A stretch of 62,642 bases of DNA, counting the filler. It is 16 parts of 16 records of this genome, joined end to end, with 100 filler letters (N's around TTAATTAATTAA, not from the genome) between each part and the next. Parts side by side here need not be neighbours in the genome. Positions count along the whole stretch, not along the records: positions 1 to 2,118 come from SRR9670534_767; positions 2,219 to 4,443 come from SRR9670534_771; positions 4,544 to 11,478 come from SRR9670534_772; 13 more parts are not named here. The stretch is one strand, 5' to 3'. The notes beneath the pieces were generated by a model that was not told where the DNA came from, searched no databases, and saw nothing but the letters and a program-made list of their open reading frames with translations. This document shows positions 1 through 11,284 of this stretch, one piece after another (the first letter of the stretch is position 1; the number at the start of each line of letters is the position of its first letter). A program made the position numbers and the translations under genes.

Positions 1-186
1 ACTGTACACCATACAAGCATGTACTCAATACGTAAGCCATAAAAACATTATATAGAGTAAATACGTCGGTAATGCCGTTACTGTACAGCTGTGCTATAGC
101 GTTGCATTATATTAATAGCTATAAGCCATAGTATTACAGTAGATTAATATTATTATCCAAGTACAATGTATATGTACTTTACTTAC

Positions 187-546
187 CTAGTATAACATAT
201 CGCAAAGCTTTAACAGCATCCATATAATAGTAATAAAAACCACTCGGATAATGAGATGAACCTCCTTGTCCAGGCAGATCAATAGCAATTACGTAGATAT
301 CTAAACAACGGGGTAAAGTTCGATTACAGTATACGATACTGTATAATATTTAATAATAATACCTTTGTTGAGATGAGAAGCCAAATGTTCGAATGTATTT
401 GCATTATCGATGAATCCATGACATGCCAAAAACTTTTCAGGAGCTTCAGGATTACCAAATGTTCTAGCAGAAATGTGGCCCCACGGAACTCGAAACTGCA
501 TCTCGTCAATGTTACCGTACAAATGATTCTCAAAATAAACAAACAA
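187..546 (-). CDS. SERHL: Serine hydrolase-like (SERHL/kraken-type) alpha/beta hydrolase, N-terminal exons (partial)
   Basis: Exons ~546-363 and 300-187, joined by GT-AG intron 362-301, give MQFRVPWGHISARTFG..FLACHGFIDNANTF..L..DIYVIAIDLPGQGGSSHYP. This matches the VPWG / HGxxDNAxTF / AIDLPGxGxSSH signature. The true start is uncertain and the gene continues beyond the window. Confidence 0.85.
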
Positions 547-1397
547 ACTACACGTTCCATCAAGAATTTCGATAGAATGGTTATTACTAGTGACGCGATT
601 GACATACAGTATTCACCATTGCAATAAGCAATCGAAAAAATAATATGTACATACTAACAGTTAAAATTTATTTCGCAAACAAAACAGTGTAAAGAATTAT
701 TATTAATAATAATAAACAATTTACCTACTAATTAAATATAAACAGCCTATAGGTAACCAAATGTAACATATTATCAATAATAATAGGTAAGCTAGGTAGA
801 TTCTTCAGAAGAAAAATTGATGTTTATCAAATATCGTTCGTTCTGTATGGAACCGAGTTCGAAAAACCTCATCAAATCGTCAACTTCTTCGACCTTCAAA
901 TTTAACAGGAAAGACTTGTTGGAACTCTTTTCTTTTTCCTCGGGTTCTTTTGATTTCTACCCATTCGCTTTTTGGCTGCGAAGGTGATTTTCTGCTTTTC
1001 ACCTGCAAAGCAATGTTACAAATTCAAGACGGCGGCCATCTTTGAATCAAAATTAGCGTTACCTGATATATTTTTGGTTAATTAAAAATCAAAGATGGCC
1101 ACCAACATGTTCAACTTTGTAATACAAAGTTTGTATACATATGAATACCTAGGTAGGTAGGTATGTATTACCTACTAGGTAACCTTTTATCATCAAATTT
1201 TAGGCTTATTTATCCCATTGCCATCATATACTGAAACCACAGGGACCATTTGAAAATGATAAGATGTGACTCACATCATGTGAGGGCTATCTTCTGGACC
1301 ATTACATACCTCTTCGGGAAATGTTGAAGTGTACTAAAAACCTACAATAAAAGCAACATAGTTAATAAAGAAATTCACTGTACCAATAGGTATGTAC

Positions 1398-1470
1398 TAG
1401 GGTTGTCGGTTCCGAGAATTCCCGATTTGGTACCATTCGGGAATCCCGGTACCGAAACTGGTACCGAAAA
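1398..1470 (+). mobile_element. Probable hAT-like MITE terminus (TAGGG start, repeated GGTACCG/CCCG subterminal motifs)
   Basis: GC-rich island tagggttgtcggttccgagaattcccg...ggtacc..gggaatcccggtaccgaaactggtaccgaaaa in AT-rich DNA. The other end was not found. Confidence 0.4.
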
Positions 1471-2118
1471 AAATTGTACATATTACTATACGGTATTATA
1501 CCGTCGGTATATGGTACCTATGTAATAAATAATACTGCATTGATAGGTAATACATATAATGTAGGTATACATACATAGAAAAATTAAGTACAGTCAACTC
1601 CTTTTATAACGATTCATTATTAACGAATCAGCTTATAACCGTTATAATACATATAACGAATTCCCCGCTATCGAAATATCTACCTAGGTATGTAGGTACC
1701 TAAGTATGTACATAGGCATTAGGAATACTGTATGTATTACCTACATTAGGTTATTCTCCGCTTAAGTATAACGAATTCGCTGTTATAAAAAAAATTGGGT
1801 TCTGTGATTTTTCGATTTGCTATAATAAGAGATTTGACGATAGTTCTACTGTGGTTAAGATGGCATAATAGTACATAGTATGTACTACATACGGTATCTA
1901 ACATACACATGTTACACACATAGTACCTAGGTACTGCAATATCGTATACATTACAGTATGTATAGATATGGTAGCATGTAAAAATACAGTAGGCCCAACA
2001 ATAAATATATATTACAGTACATACATACCATACTATATGGTCCATACACTTACCTATCAATTAGATAAGCACATCAGGTAGGTAAGCACATCAATACAAA
2101 TTACATTAATTAAATATT

Positions 2119-2218
2119 NNNNNNNNNNNNNNNNNNNNNNNNNNNNNNNNNNNNNNNNNNNNTTAATTAATTAANNNNNNNNNNNNNNNNNNNNNNNNNN
2201 NNNNNNNNNNNNNNNNNN
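2119..2218. other. Artificial contig-joining linker (N44-TTAATTAATTAA-N44); first of 15 identical copies
   Basis: Identical 100-bp spacers occur at 2119-2218, 4444-4543, 11479-11578, 14586-14685, 16690-16789, 18835-18934, 25963-26062, 31126-31225, 33681-33780, 39643-39742, 41792-41891, 44230-44329, 49391-49490, 52621-52720 and 57534-57633. TTAATTAATTAA puts stop codons in all six frames, a standard pseudomolecule linker. Confidence 0.99.
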
Positions 2219-2462
2219 TGGGATCCTTCTAGGAGGGATTTGGCCAGGGCTAGTTTATTTAATTTTGACAGGATATTGGGGGATATCGTCTTCTTATATA
2301 AGACTGACGCATAGAGATAAATAGAGAAGGTTTTCTCTATTTATCTCTATGGACTGACGATATTATGAATATATTCATCAATTGTTTGTTTATTGGGATC
2401 CCTCAAGGAGGGATTTGCCTAGGGATTTAGTTTGTTGATTTTTGAAAGGGTATTAGGGGATA
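2219..2462 (+). repeat. Diverged ~70-bp direct repeat (two copies)
   Basis: tgggatcc..ggagggattt..aggg..tagttt...gg.tatt.gggga occurs at ~2219-2286 and ~2394-2462. Confidence 0.7.
2310..2351. mobile_element. 42-bp miniature inverted-repeat element with 8-bp TSD
   Basis: Perfect 19-bp TIRs (CATAGAGATAAATAGAGAA / TTCTCTATTTATCTCTATG) with a 4-nt core, flanked by the direct repeat GACTGACG at 2302-2309 and 2352-2359. Confidence 0.85.
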
Positions 2463-3413
2463 AACTTTCGTTTTTTTAGATCCCTTATTTCATAATCATC
2501 ATAGCCTATGAATTTCATAGTATGAAAAATGTCACATAGGCCTAAGCAATCTACATATAAGGCAATTTAAAATTATTTCACTAAAATATGCTACATAATT
2601 TATCTATTCGATAATAGGTAATATTGTTACAGCATAAGTACATTATTATTATTATTATTATTAAATGTATATATTATTTATAATATCCTAAGTATATATG
2701 CATACAGTATTATATGTACCTATATGTATGCGTACAGTATTATATGTACCTATAAAATAATACTGTAAATTACAATTTGTAATAAGCAAATAAATTATTA
2801 GTAATAATGAATAAAAAGGTCGTATCTATTGTACTATACATTATGTAACACGATATGTATAATAGCTAACCACTTGTAATACGTAGTGTAAGCTACTATA
2901 AAAATTACTTCGTGATGTATAGTAGTAATGGGCAACTTCAAATATGTACATACAATATTGATAATTAATAATTAATTAATACATCAATAATCAGTGCTTG
3001 ATCAAATTACATAGGTTGTGATCAAATCAAATACATATGTAGTTATTTATACATACTACAAACTGTCTACAGTAGAAAGTCGCTACTGTAGATAGCAATT
3101 ATCACTGTGATGATGTTGATGTTCATCTTCGTAACAACGAACAAAGACTGTTTTATCATAATAGTATTGTAAATGCTCTAACAAACTATATCAATGTATA
3201 CAAACTACAAACTGAAATGTTCAATTACACGAATAAATGATACCTAAGCGTTTACGGTAATACGAACATAGTAAAATACAGTACGTAGCAAAGGACATGT
3301 GGTAAGTTTGTACATAAGTACCTACGATATGCCTTTTGCTACGTACTGTCTATGTAGTAGAAGACAGTACCTTTCAATTCAATAATGATAATGACGATCG
3401 GATGCTAAGATTT

Positions 3414-3994
3414 GGCAGGGCCTCAAAGGATGAACATTCCAACCACTAGCTTTGAAAGCAATAAATATAATATTTGCAGTGTTCTTCACAGATTGAACTA
3501 AATCCATGTTTACCGGATCATCCGATGCCATCAGTGCTTCAGGCATGACATAGAAGTGAAAAGCTGCCATCTACTTTCAAAACCAAAATTCTGCCTGAAT
3601 ACTTTGATAAATTCCACAGTGAAAGTAAATCTGAAACTGCTTTTTTGATCAGCTTAGGTTTCTGTTTCTAAACAATTCTTATGCAAATATTCAATAATCC
3701 CGAAAGGAATCCCTTTGTACATACCATATAGGTATACATGGTATGTGGAAAGATATTCCCCTCCGAACTATTCAACATTATAACTTTTTGCCTCTTATTA
3801 TTAATTAATACCTATTTAATAATATTAATATTTGGTAGGGCCTCATAGGATCAACATTACAAGTTGGAATTTCCAACCATTAAAGCAATGAATATAATAT
3901 CTGCAATGTTCTTCACAGATAAAACAAAATCCATGTTTGCCAGATGCATGACACAAAAATGAAGAGCTGACATCTACTTTCAAAACTAACTCTG
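3414..3994 (+). repeat. Diverged ~170-bp direct repeat (two copies)
   Basis: Blocks agggcctca.aggat.aacatt, aaagcaat.aatataatat.tgca.tgttcttcacagat, aaatccatgttt and catctactttcaaaac are shared between ~3414-3594 and ~3834-3994. Confidence 0.75.
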
Positions 3995-4383
3995 TTAGTA
4001 GCATCATATGCCAATCATCAACCATAAGACAGACCAAATTCATTTGAAATGTTAGGCTACAAGTTGTAAAGTTGAGAATTAGGAAGTTTGAGTCAGAGCC
4101 TCTGATTATTGCAAAAATAAACTTGTTTAGTGTTATAGAAGTACTTTATATACAAGTCCTTTATGTAGGAAATTGTAGCTTACCATATTGTGTTCAACGG
4201 TTGATAATCCACCATCATCCACCCGTAAGCACCTAGCAAAGATGATTCATAATTTACACTTCTTTAAGAATGTATCAGCCACTTCTGCGAGTCTCAGGAA
4301 ATGTACATACCTAATAACAAGTTACTAACAAGTTAATAACAACTATGATGGTCATGATTCATGACTCATGATCATGAATACTG

Positions 4384-4443
4384 TAGGGTAACGTGGGGTA
4401 ATTTTGGACAAAGTGGAGTAATTTTGGACAAAATGTTGTAGTT
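4384..4443 (+). mobile_element. Possible DNA-transposon (Tc1/pogo-like MITE) terminus at contig end
   Basis: tagggtaacgtggggtaattttggaca followed by an internal repeat gtgggagtaattttggaca. The assembly breaks here. Confidence 0.35.
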
Positions 4444-4992
4444 NNNNNNNNNNNNNNNNNNNNNNNNNNNNNNNNNNNNNNNNNNNNTTAATTAATTAAN
4501 NNNNNNNNNNNNNNNNNNNNNNNNNNNNNNNNNNNNNNNNNNNATACGTACATACAGTATTATTCTATGTACAGTACAATAATACATACGTACCATAACA
4601 TACCTACACCTATTTCATCGGTATGGTATGTAGGACCTACATTGTAGGTATATGATTTCTCAAGCAGTGACCTGATTGTATTAAATTAATGCATAATATT
4701 AATTTAATAAGACTTAATAATAAGTCACGTTTTGTCATACAGGTAGGTACCTACTTATTATACCTATTTTATAACATATGAGTCATATGATATGACGTTA
4801 TTATATGTACCTATGTACATAACATAGTAATTTATATTTCTGTGCAAGAAGTTGTGTTGCGTTTTTGGTTACGTTTCACAACATTGAGTTGGCGTAGCAT
4901 GATGACATTTTTATGTACCTATGTTTTTACTTACCTTTGACATGAAATTCATTATGAATACTGAATACTTTTCTTATTTATTTGAATATTAG

Positions 4993-7037
4993 GCCAAGAG
5001 ATGCAGTCAAAGCCATTAGGAAGAAAGTCACAATATTTCTTTCACCAAAAAACATTCAAGGGTTAAAGATAACGTTAACGGTTAGTGGCTCAACCATGTA
5101 CGATTGTACGTACTACTTTATCATTTCATAATAATAAAGTAATAATAATGCTGCCATGTAAATACACATGTAAAAGTTATTGTTTATTTACTTCTTCATA
5201 TTTTAGATTTTGGAAGCATGCGTAAAAAATTGTGGAAGAAGATTTCATTTGCAAATAGCTAACAAAGATTTTATAAACGATTTACTAAAAGTCATTAATC
5301 CAAAGTACGATATGCCAACATCCATTCAAGAGGATGTTCTAACCCTAATTCAGGTATGTATGTATTTATTATTCGTACCAAAAACATTACGCATGAAAAT
5401 CTTGCTTCATAATAATACTTGGACATGCTGGATTTGACTAACAATTTTTTAGTCTTGGAATGATGCCTTCCGAGGGGACCCTGCAATGAAAATCTTTGAG
5501 CAAACTTATAACGACTTAATAGCAAAAGGCATATCCTTTCCTGCCACCAATTTAGACACAATGGTGCCTATAATAACACCCAAACGTTCGTCAACATTAG
5601 ATAAAGCTAATCCAGCAGTTATTTCCGCATCAGCCGCAGGAGGCTACCAAGTACCACCTGCTCCAGTTTACCCAGAACCATCCGAACATCATCCTCAGCA
5701 ACCAGTAGCGCAGCAAAACCCTTCTCATCAAGTGACTATGCATGATCAACTTGCAAAGTTGCGAAGAGAATTAGATATCGTTATGGCCAATTGTAAAGTA
5801 ATGGGAGAGATGCTTACTGAGCTCATGCCTGGTCAAGAAACTGAAGACGATTTTCTTTTGCTTCAAAGTCTGAATAAAACATGCCGCGAAATGCAAAAGA
5901 GATTGATCCACCTTTTAGACACAGTTAATAATGAGGAAATTACTGGGGAGTTGCTACGTGCAAATGACGATTTGAACAACGTATTCACCAGATATGATCG
6001 ATACATGAGTAATCGTATGACCAGTGTAGGACCAACAGCAAACGTGGTAGGTGATACAACAGCTATTACTCAGCCCCTTCCTTCGGTGCCCGCAACCACA
6101 CACAAAGAAAGTGACGGCGCTCTGTTTACAAGAACCCAAAACACGAATGTATTTTCGTCTAATAGAACCCCAGTTGCAAATCTGATTGATTTTGACGACA
6201 AAACCACGGCATTGCCTGGAACAGTTGCTGCGCCTTCAGATTCCTTGTCAAATCAATTGGCAAATCTTGGTAATTTTTTTTTGTTAGTGGACAGGAGTTA
6301 TATTGCTTTATTATGTTTATTATTAATAATAATCGTGGTAACTTTTAGGATTGGGTGCAGGTGGGGTTTCAGCAAGTATGCAATCGCTCCCAAGCAGACC
6401 TGGAAGAGCCACTGCGTTACCACCATTGAATCAGCCAAACGTACAGATCCAGCACGATACTTCTGAACCTGAATACGCAGCCCATGAGTACAGCTTACCA
6501 CCATTGAATCAACCAAACGTACAAATCCGGCACGATACTTCTGAACCCGAATACGCAACCCATGAGTACAGCTGTACATTTCGTGCTTTGTAAAAATTTG
6601 AGAACCATTATTAATTTAGATTGTATGGTAATTATCCTGAAGATGCAATGTATAGTAATTTGGCTCAAGCTGCTACTAATAAGGGTACACGGCAACAGGA
6701 TCAATTGGAAAAAGAGGTAATTTTTTATGCTATTATGCAATAAATTTATATTTGTACGTATTAGACTGGTTTAAAGGACAAAGAAAGCGACCTCCAAGAC
6801 ATGGAAAAATGGCTGAAGCAGCAGAATGGGGACGATTCAGTTAGTCAGCCTTCTGGTGGAATAACAAGTTCTGGTATGCTTGCCTTGAATTAGTAACAAG
6901 AAGATGGTGTCTAAGTTGTCGTTTCATTTTTAGATTTTGACAAATTTTTGGCTCAAAGAGTCGAACAAGATAGTAGTAACAATAGTGAACGTCATCTATC
7001 TGATGAAAAGGATAAGAAACCGCTTTTCGAGCTATGA
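4993..7037 (+). CDS. TOM1: Target of Myb1 family VHS-GAT endosomal adaptor (TOM1/TOM1L2-like), 5'-partial
   Basis: Exons 4993-5080, 5207-5353, 5453-6269, 6349-6565, 6620-6716, 6765-6873 and 6934-7037 splice in frame. Motifs: VHS (PRDAVKAIRKK; LEACVKNCGRRFH), GAT (KLRRELDIV..N..VM.EMLTEL.PG; EEITGELLRANDDLNNVF.RYDR), and C-terminal DMEKWL, DFDKFL..R and LFEL* typical of TOM1. Confidence 0.93.
6417..6572 (+). repeat. 78-bp tandem duplication within TOM1 exon 4
   Basis: 6417-6494 and 6495-6572 are near-identical and each encodes LPPLNQPNVQI[Q/R]HDTSEPEYA[A/T]HEYS. Confidence 0.95.
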
Positions 7038-7577
7038 GAACATCTTCAGAGCGAAATCTTTACGCAGTAATTTAACTGTTTCTGTCACTGCTTTTGCAAG
7101 TTACAATACTATTCAATATATAGCAGTTAGATATTTGCAATTCATTAAATTTCAGTTTGCTAATTTTCCCGTACTTTCTTTCTTCTTTTTCTTTGAAGTT
7201 TTCTGTTAAATTATACAAACTATACTACTGAAAATGTTTATTTTTTATGGCATAAGATTCTTATGATAAGAAGAAGAAATTGATAACTGGTTACTTATTC
7301 GGTTGTTGCAATACATGTATCTATACGTATGAATTGACTTAAAATGTTCCATTCCCTATGTAAGCGTATTTATTTCTTGCGATTTTATTAATATATCAAT
7401 CTTTTACGTGTTTTCTTTGATTTCAGCTATTAAACAAGTGTAAAACTGCAAATACAATACATGTGGTAAAGTATCGAAAATCTTCGTGAAACAATATTAT
7501 TAATAGCGCCACCTTTTTTTGAAGTGAGTCAGAATAATAGCTGACTATGAGTCATGTGTAAAGATTTATATAGGTAC

Positions 7578-7611
7578 CATAGATAACAAAGGATTCCCCT
7601 TGTTATCTATG
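7578..7611. repeat. 34-bp CATAG...CTATG hairpin, likely related to the element at 2310
   Basis: CATAGATAACAA-aggattcccc-TTGTTATCTATG, a 12-bp perfect inverted repeat. No clean TSD. Confidence 0.55.
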
Positions 7612-8166
7612 ATGACTTCTTCTTAAAGCATTTGGAAAGAACAACTTTGCATGTTTGCATCATTTTTGATTTATTTGAAAAAATCACGTGTGATGGAACC
7701 ATTCAATGATTGGGTCCCACCAATTGGGATGTGAAAATTTCAGAAATTTTAGAAATGTATTCTGCTGCAGAATTTCTATACCAAGACAACAATGTATTAC
7801 TGTAATTAATAACAACTAATTAGGGTTTCACAGTGAAACTTTTACTGTTTCAGCATAAGAATTAGTAAAAAACCTGCCATGGAAAATGATTTTAAAATTA
7901 AAGGCCGTTCATATGAAAAAGTACATTTTGTTTTAATTCATTCTACATTGTTTATTACTATTATTAATAATAATGCATTGACACACTATGCAGTACTTAT
8001 CTAATCAATGATTCGTGTACTAAATCCAATAACGTATTTAACATTTTTACATTGTCAGACAAATACAAAAGGTCAGGCAAAATGTGTATTTTAAAAATTG
8101 AGTATTTTGTAAAAGTATTACGTAACAGAATATGTAGTGTTTTAATAAATATCAATTCAAGTTATG

Positions 8167-8427
8167 TTACTTCTTGCCAAACCTTGTATACAGCTTATTA
8201 AATCCACCTTTATATGGATAGTAAGCATTCCATTTATTACCTCCATATCCAAAGACATCTTCAGCTTCAGGTTTCTGTTGTTCATATTCATCACGCCAGT
8301 TATCATATGCACCATAGTTAGGCTGAACTGACTTCCTAATGACCCAGGGTCTGTTTATAGCCAAAACCATCCATTGTTCTTGGAGGAAAAGGGTAAAAAC
8401 CAACAGTAACAAGAAAATAAGTTTCAT
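8167..8427 (-). CDS. Secreted RFamide neuropeptide precursor (86 aa)
   Basis: ATG at 8427, hydrophobic signal peptide MKLIFLLLLVFTLFL, dibasic RK site, and C-terminus KGGFNKLYTRF-G-KK* (amide-donor Gly plus basic residues). Confidence 0.8.
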   Translation of the reverse strand: MKLIFLLLLVFTLFLQEQWMVLAINRPWVIRKSVQPNYGAYDNWRDEYEQQKPEAEDVFGYGGNKWNAYYPYKGGFNKLYTRFGKK

Positions 8428-8862
8428 TTTTTGAGGATTCAGATTGAAATAACGCGTAATAATAACCAACAAGCAATGAGTGAACAAGAAATGAGTCTGC
8501 TTTACTTAAATATAAAAACACCTTAATTAATAATAACAATACAACATTATTATTAAGCACTACAGGTAAATTATGCAGACATGTCAACAAAGCCCACTCA
8601 AAGGAAAAATCAACTAGTAAAATTAATGATATAAATATTATAATGATTAATAACTTTAACATTATATACAGGTAAAATGACTTTTTCCACTGCAAGTCAA
8701 TCAATTTGGCAGCAAATACGTACATATCGATTTCATATTTTATTTCCTTCTTACCACCAAAGCTCCTACAGTTTTCTACCAAACAGTAATTTTCTTATTT
8801 GCGTAATAAAAATAGCATCTTAAGTAGTAATATATGTAATAATAAATTCAAAGTTTGTCCCA

Positions 8863-11284
8863 CTAGTGGGAACCTTCACCCATCTCATTATTATTATTAT
8901 TAATACGTTTATTAGTATTACTAAAAGCTTTATTTATAGCTTTTGAGAGATCTTCTTTTTCCTTGGCTTCATTGGTGAAGTATAATCGTAAGTAGTTAAT
9001 TTCCTTCATTTCATTCCCTAGTTTATGCACTTGTAATGCTGAAGTACATTTTGGATGGACAAGGAAAAAGAGTTGCACCATTGCAGCTGCCCTGGAAATG
9101 CTAAAACATTCACAAAAGATTTACCGCTAGAAGGCAGCCTTATTAATAATGATAATGCATATTAATAACTATGTAGCACCTACTCCATTTTGTTGAGGAA
9201 GTGACATAGAACAAAATCCATTTTGCCAAAAGCAACTAAATACAGCAAAAAGGGACCAAAATGCCTAGTGTGTAGTAAATCATCAAAGCTTTTTGTGATA
9301 TTTATTTTTTCATATACAGTTTGAGTGACCTAGATTAGTATCAATTAATAATAATAAAGAAAAAGTATGCAGGTATTTGTATCAGTTAATTAACATTTCT
9401 ATAAATAGATGGCGCTCATACCCCTACCTATGTTTCAGGTAATAAAGTAAGAAAAATAATAAAGTAAGTATCAGTCATTAGATATATGTATTACCTACAT
9501 AGGTTATTAATGAGTATTTCAAATATTGTACATATTAATAATAATAAATTTGTACATATTATTAAAAAATTTTAAAAAATACTCGTCGATATTCTGGGTC
9601 ATCTGGTTCAAATTGATAAATTGCTCTATCCAAAATATATAAAAAGTTTCTCTTTTCTTCTAGTAATTGCTACAAAACAAATTAAATGCTGCAGATTTTT
9701 AGAATCTAGAAAATTGTGAGAATTTCTAAGTTCTCATATCTCTCAAAAACAGGTACATAAAAGTGAGTTAACTACAATATGATTACCTGTCTTTGTTTTT
9801 CACCTGTGTTAACGTGGTATTATTGGTCAAGTTTATCAATAAAAATGACGAGACAGCTGTTCGTTTTACTTTTAACAACAATCTTTTCTTTACCATGTAA
9901 GAGGACATTAGATCCGAATAATTTTTTAATATAATAAAAGATTGCTTTAGCCTAAAGCCTTTAGGTAACGCTAAAATTTGCCGAGATAATAAGACTATTT
10001 GTGAATTTGAATGTTGCTTTAAATTTGATTCTACATATTGGAAATGCTGTCAAGAGCCTTATTACTATATGTAAGTAGTCTTATGATAAAACTTAAAGAC
10101 TCTTATATAATCAATTAAATTGCCTCAATCTCTATTTATTTTTCAGAGGAGGAATTGAAGGACTAATAGGGTTAATAATCGGTCTGTCAGTTTTAGCGAT
10201 TATTTTGACTGTTGCTTGCAGACTCTGTTATGTAAGAAGAAGACAAGGTATTGCAAAACATCATTAATTTAATCGATGACATAATTAATGACATTAAATT
10301 ATATCGTAATTTTACGATTGGCTTTAGTTACTCCGATTTATGTCGCACCCCAGACGGACTATGGCACGTATGTCTCAACAACGACAACAGACCAAGATGC
10401 TTATAACGAACGATCGAAATAAGCTGTACTACAATAACCTTGTTAGAAGAAGTTTCTCAATCGCACAATTCAAACTACCAGTCTATTAGAATACTTATTT
10501 TTCTACAATTATTCCAGTTTGCCTATTTTATCTATGACTTATCGAAAACGAGAGTGTCTAATAATAGCTCATCATATAATACAATATTGTACTTATTGTA
10601 CTTATGATATCTGCACATTATGTCATTTAGATATGTCATAACTGCATATTATTCGTATTTTTAATCGAATGAATTATGATGGATGAAAAACTAGGAGAAA
10701 AAATTAAAGAGTTTTTCAAAAATTAATAAATTTCAAATATTTTCAGTGAATTTATTAATTTCACAATTCTGAATCAGTATTTATAATGTTTATAATAAAA
10801 CAAAATAACAAAAATACCATTTTTATTAATAAAATGCAAGCAATTCTACAATTTTGTAACGTACTAACCTGAAGTCTTTCTTCTTTAAAAAGTTTAGGCA
10901 TTTTCATATAACGACCTTCCTTGGGGAAATAAACATGATTTAATCTTTCTCGCTCATCCCATTCAGCAGTTCGAATAGTCCCATCGCACTCTCGGACAAC
11001 TATTAATCTTTCCTATTGATAAAGTATTATTATTAACAAAGTTCACTAGTTACGAATTATTACTAATGATTATACTATGTTGTAAAAAACACAAAAATCT
11101 CCTAAATATATACTCTGTCAGAAACACCATGAGAAATGTCCGTGAAAACATATTTTGCCCCTGTTGTGTCAAACAAATTTAACATAGGATCTTTATGTAA
11201 AACTTCAGAGCATGGTTTTCGTGGCTCCATAACTGGTACCATTTGCAAAAATGGTTTTGCAGTTTTTCCAGCTTGTTCAACTTT
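8863..11284 (-). CDS. MRPS22: Mitochondrial small ribosomal subunit protein mS22, 5'-partial
   Basis: Exons 11284-11114, 11012-10869, 9669-9583, 9329-9184 and 9100-8863 splice in frame. Motifs KYVFTDIS, ERLIVVRE.DGT.R.A.WDERER....YFPKEGR, QFEPDD.EY, TRHFG and VQLF..VHP. Confidence 0.93.
9845..10422 (+). CDS. Small single-pass Cys-rich membrane protein (WBP1/VOPP1/TMEM92/Shisa-like), nested in an MRPS22 intron
   Basis: Exons 9845-9896, 9965-10070, 10147-10247 and 10328-10422 splice in frame. Signal peptide, then CNAKICRDNKTICEFECCFKFDSTYWKCC, TM GLIGLIIGLSVLAIILTVA, juxtamembrane CRLCYVRRR and a short Tyr/Thr-rich tail. Not in the ORF track. Confidence 0.82.

Noticed and set aside
1025-1105. 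Inverted AAGATGGC(G/C) motifs as YY1 promoter sites
   Set aside because: Equally consistent with a common repeat-derived motif, and no linked TSS can be shown.
790-1345. Possible extra minus-strand exons upstream of SERHL
   Set aside because: Splice-like sites exist, but I could not build a consistent frame or find a recognisable motif.
1746-2060. 104-aa Cys/Tyr-rich ORF, and similar I/Y/N/L-rich ORFs at 8336, 11626, 12129, 15235, 26800 and elsewhere
   Set aside because: Low-complexity AT-rich DNA with non-ATG starts or no motifs; most likely non-coding.
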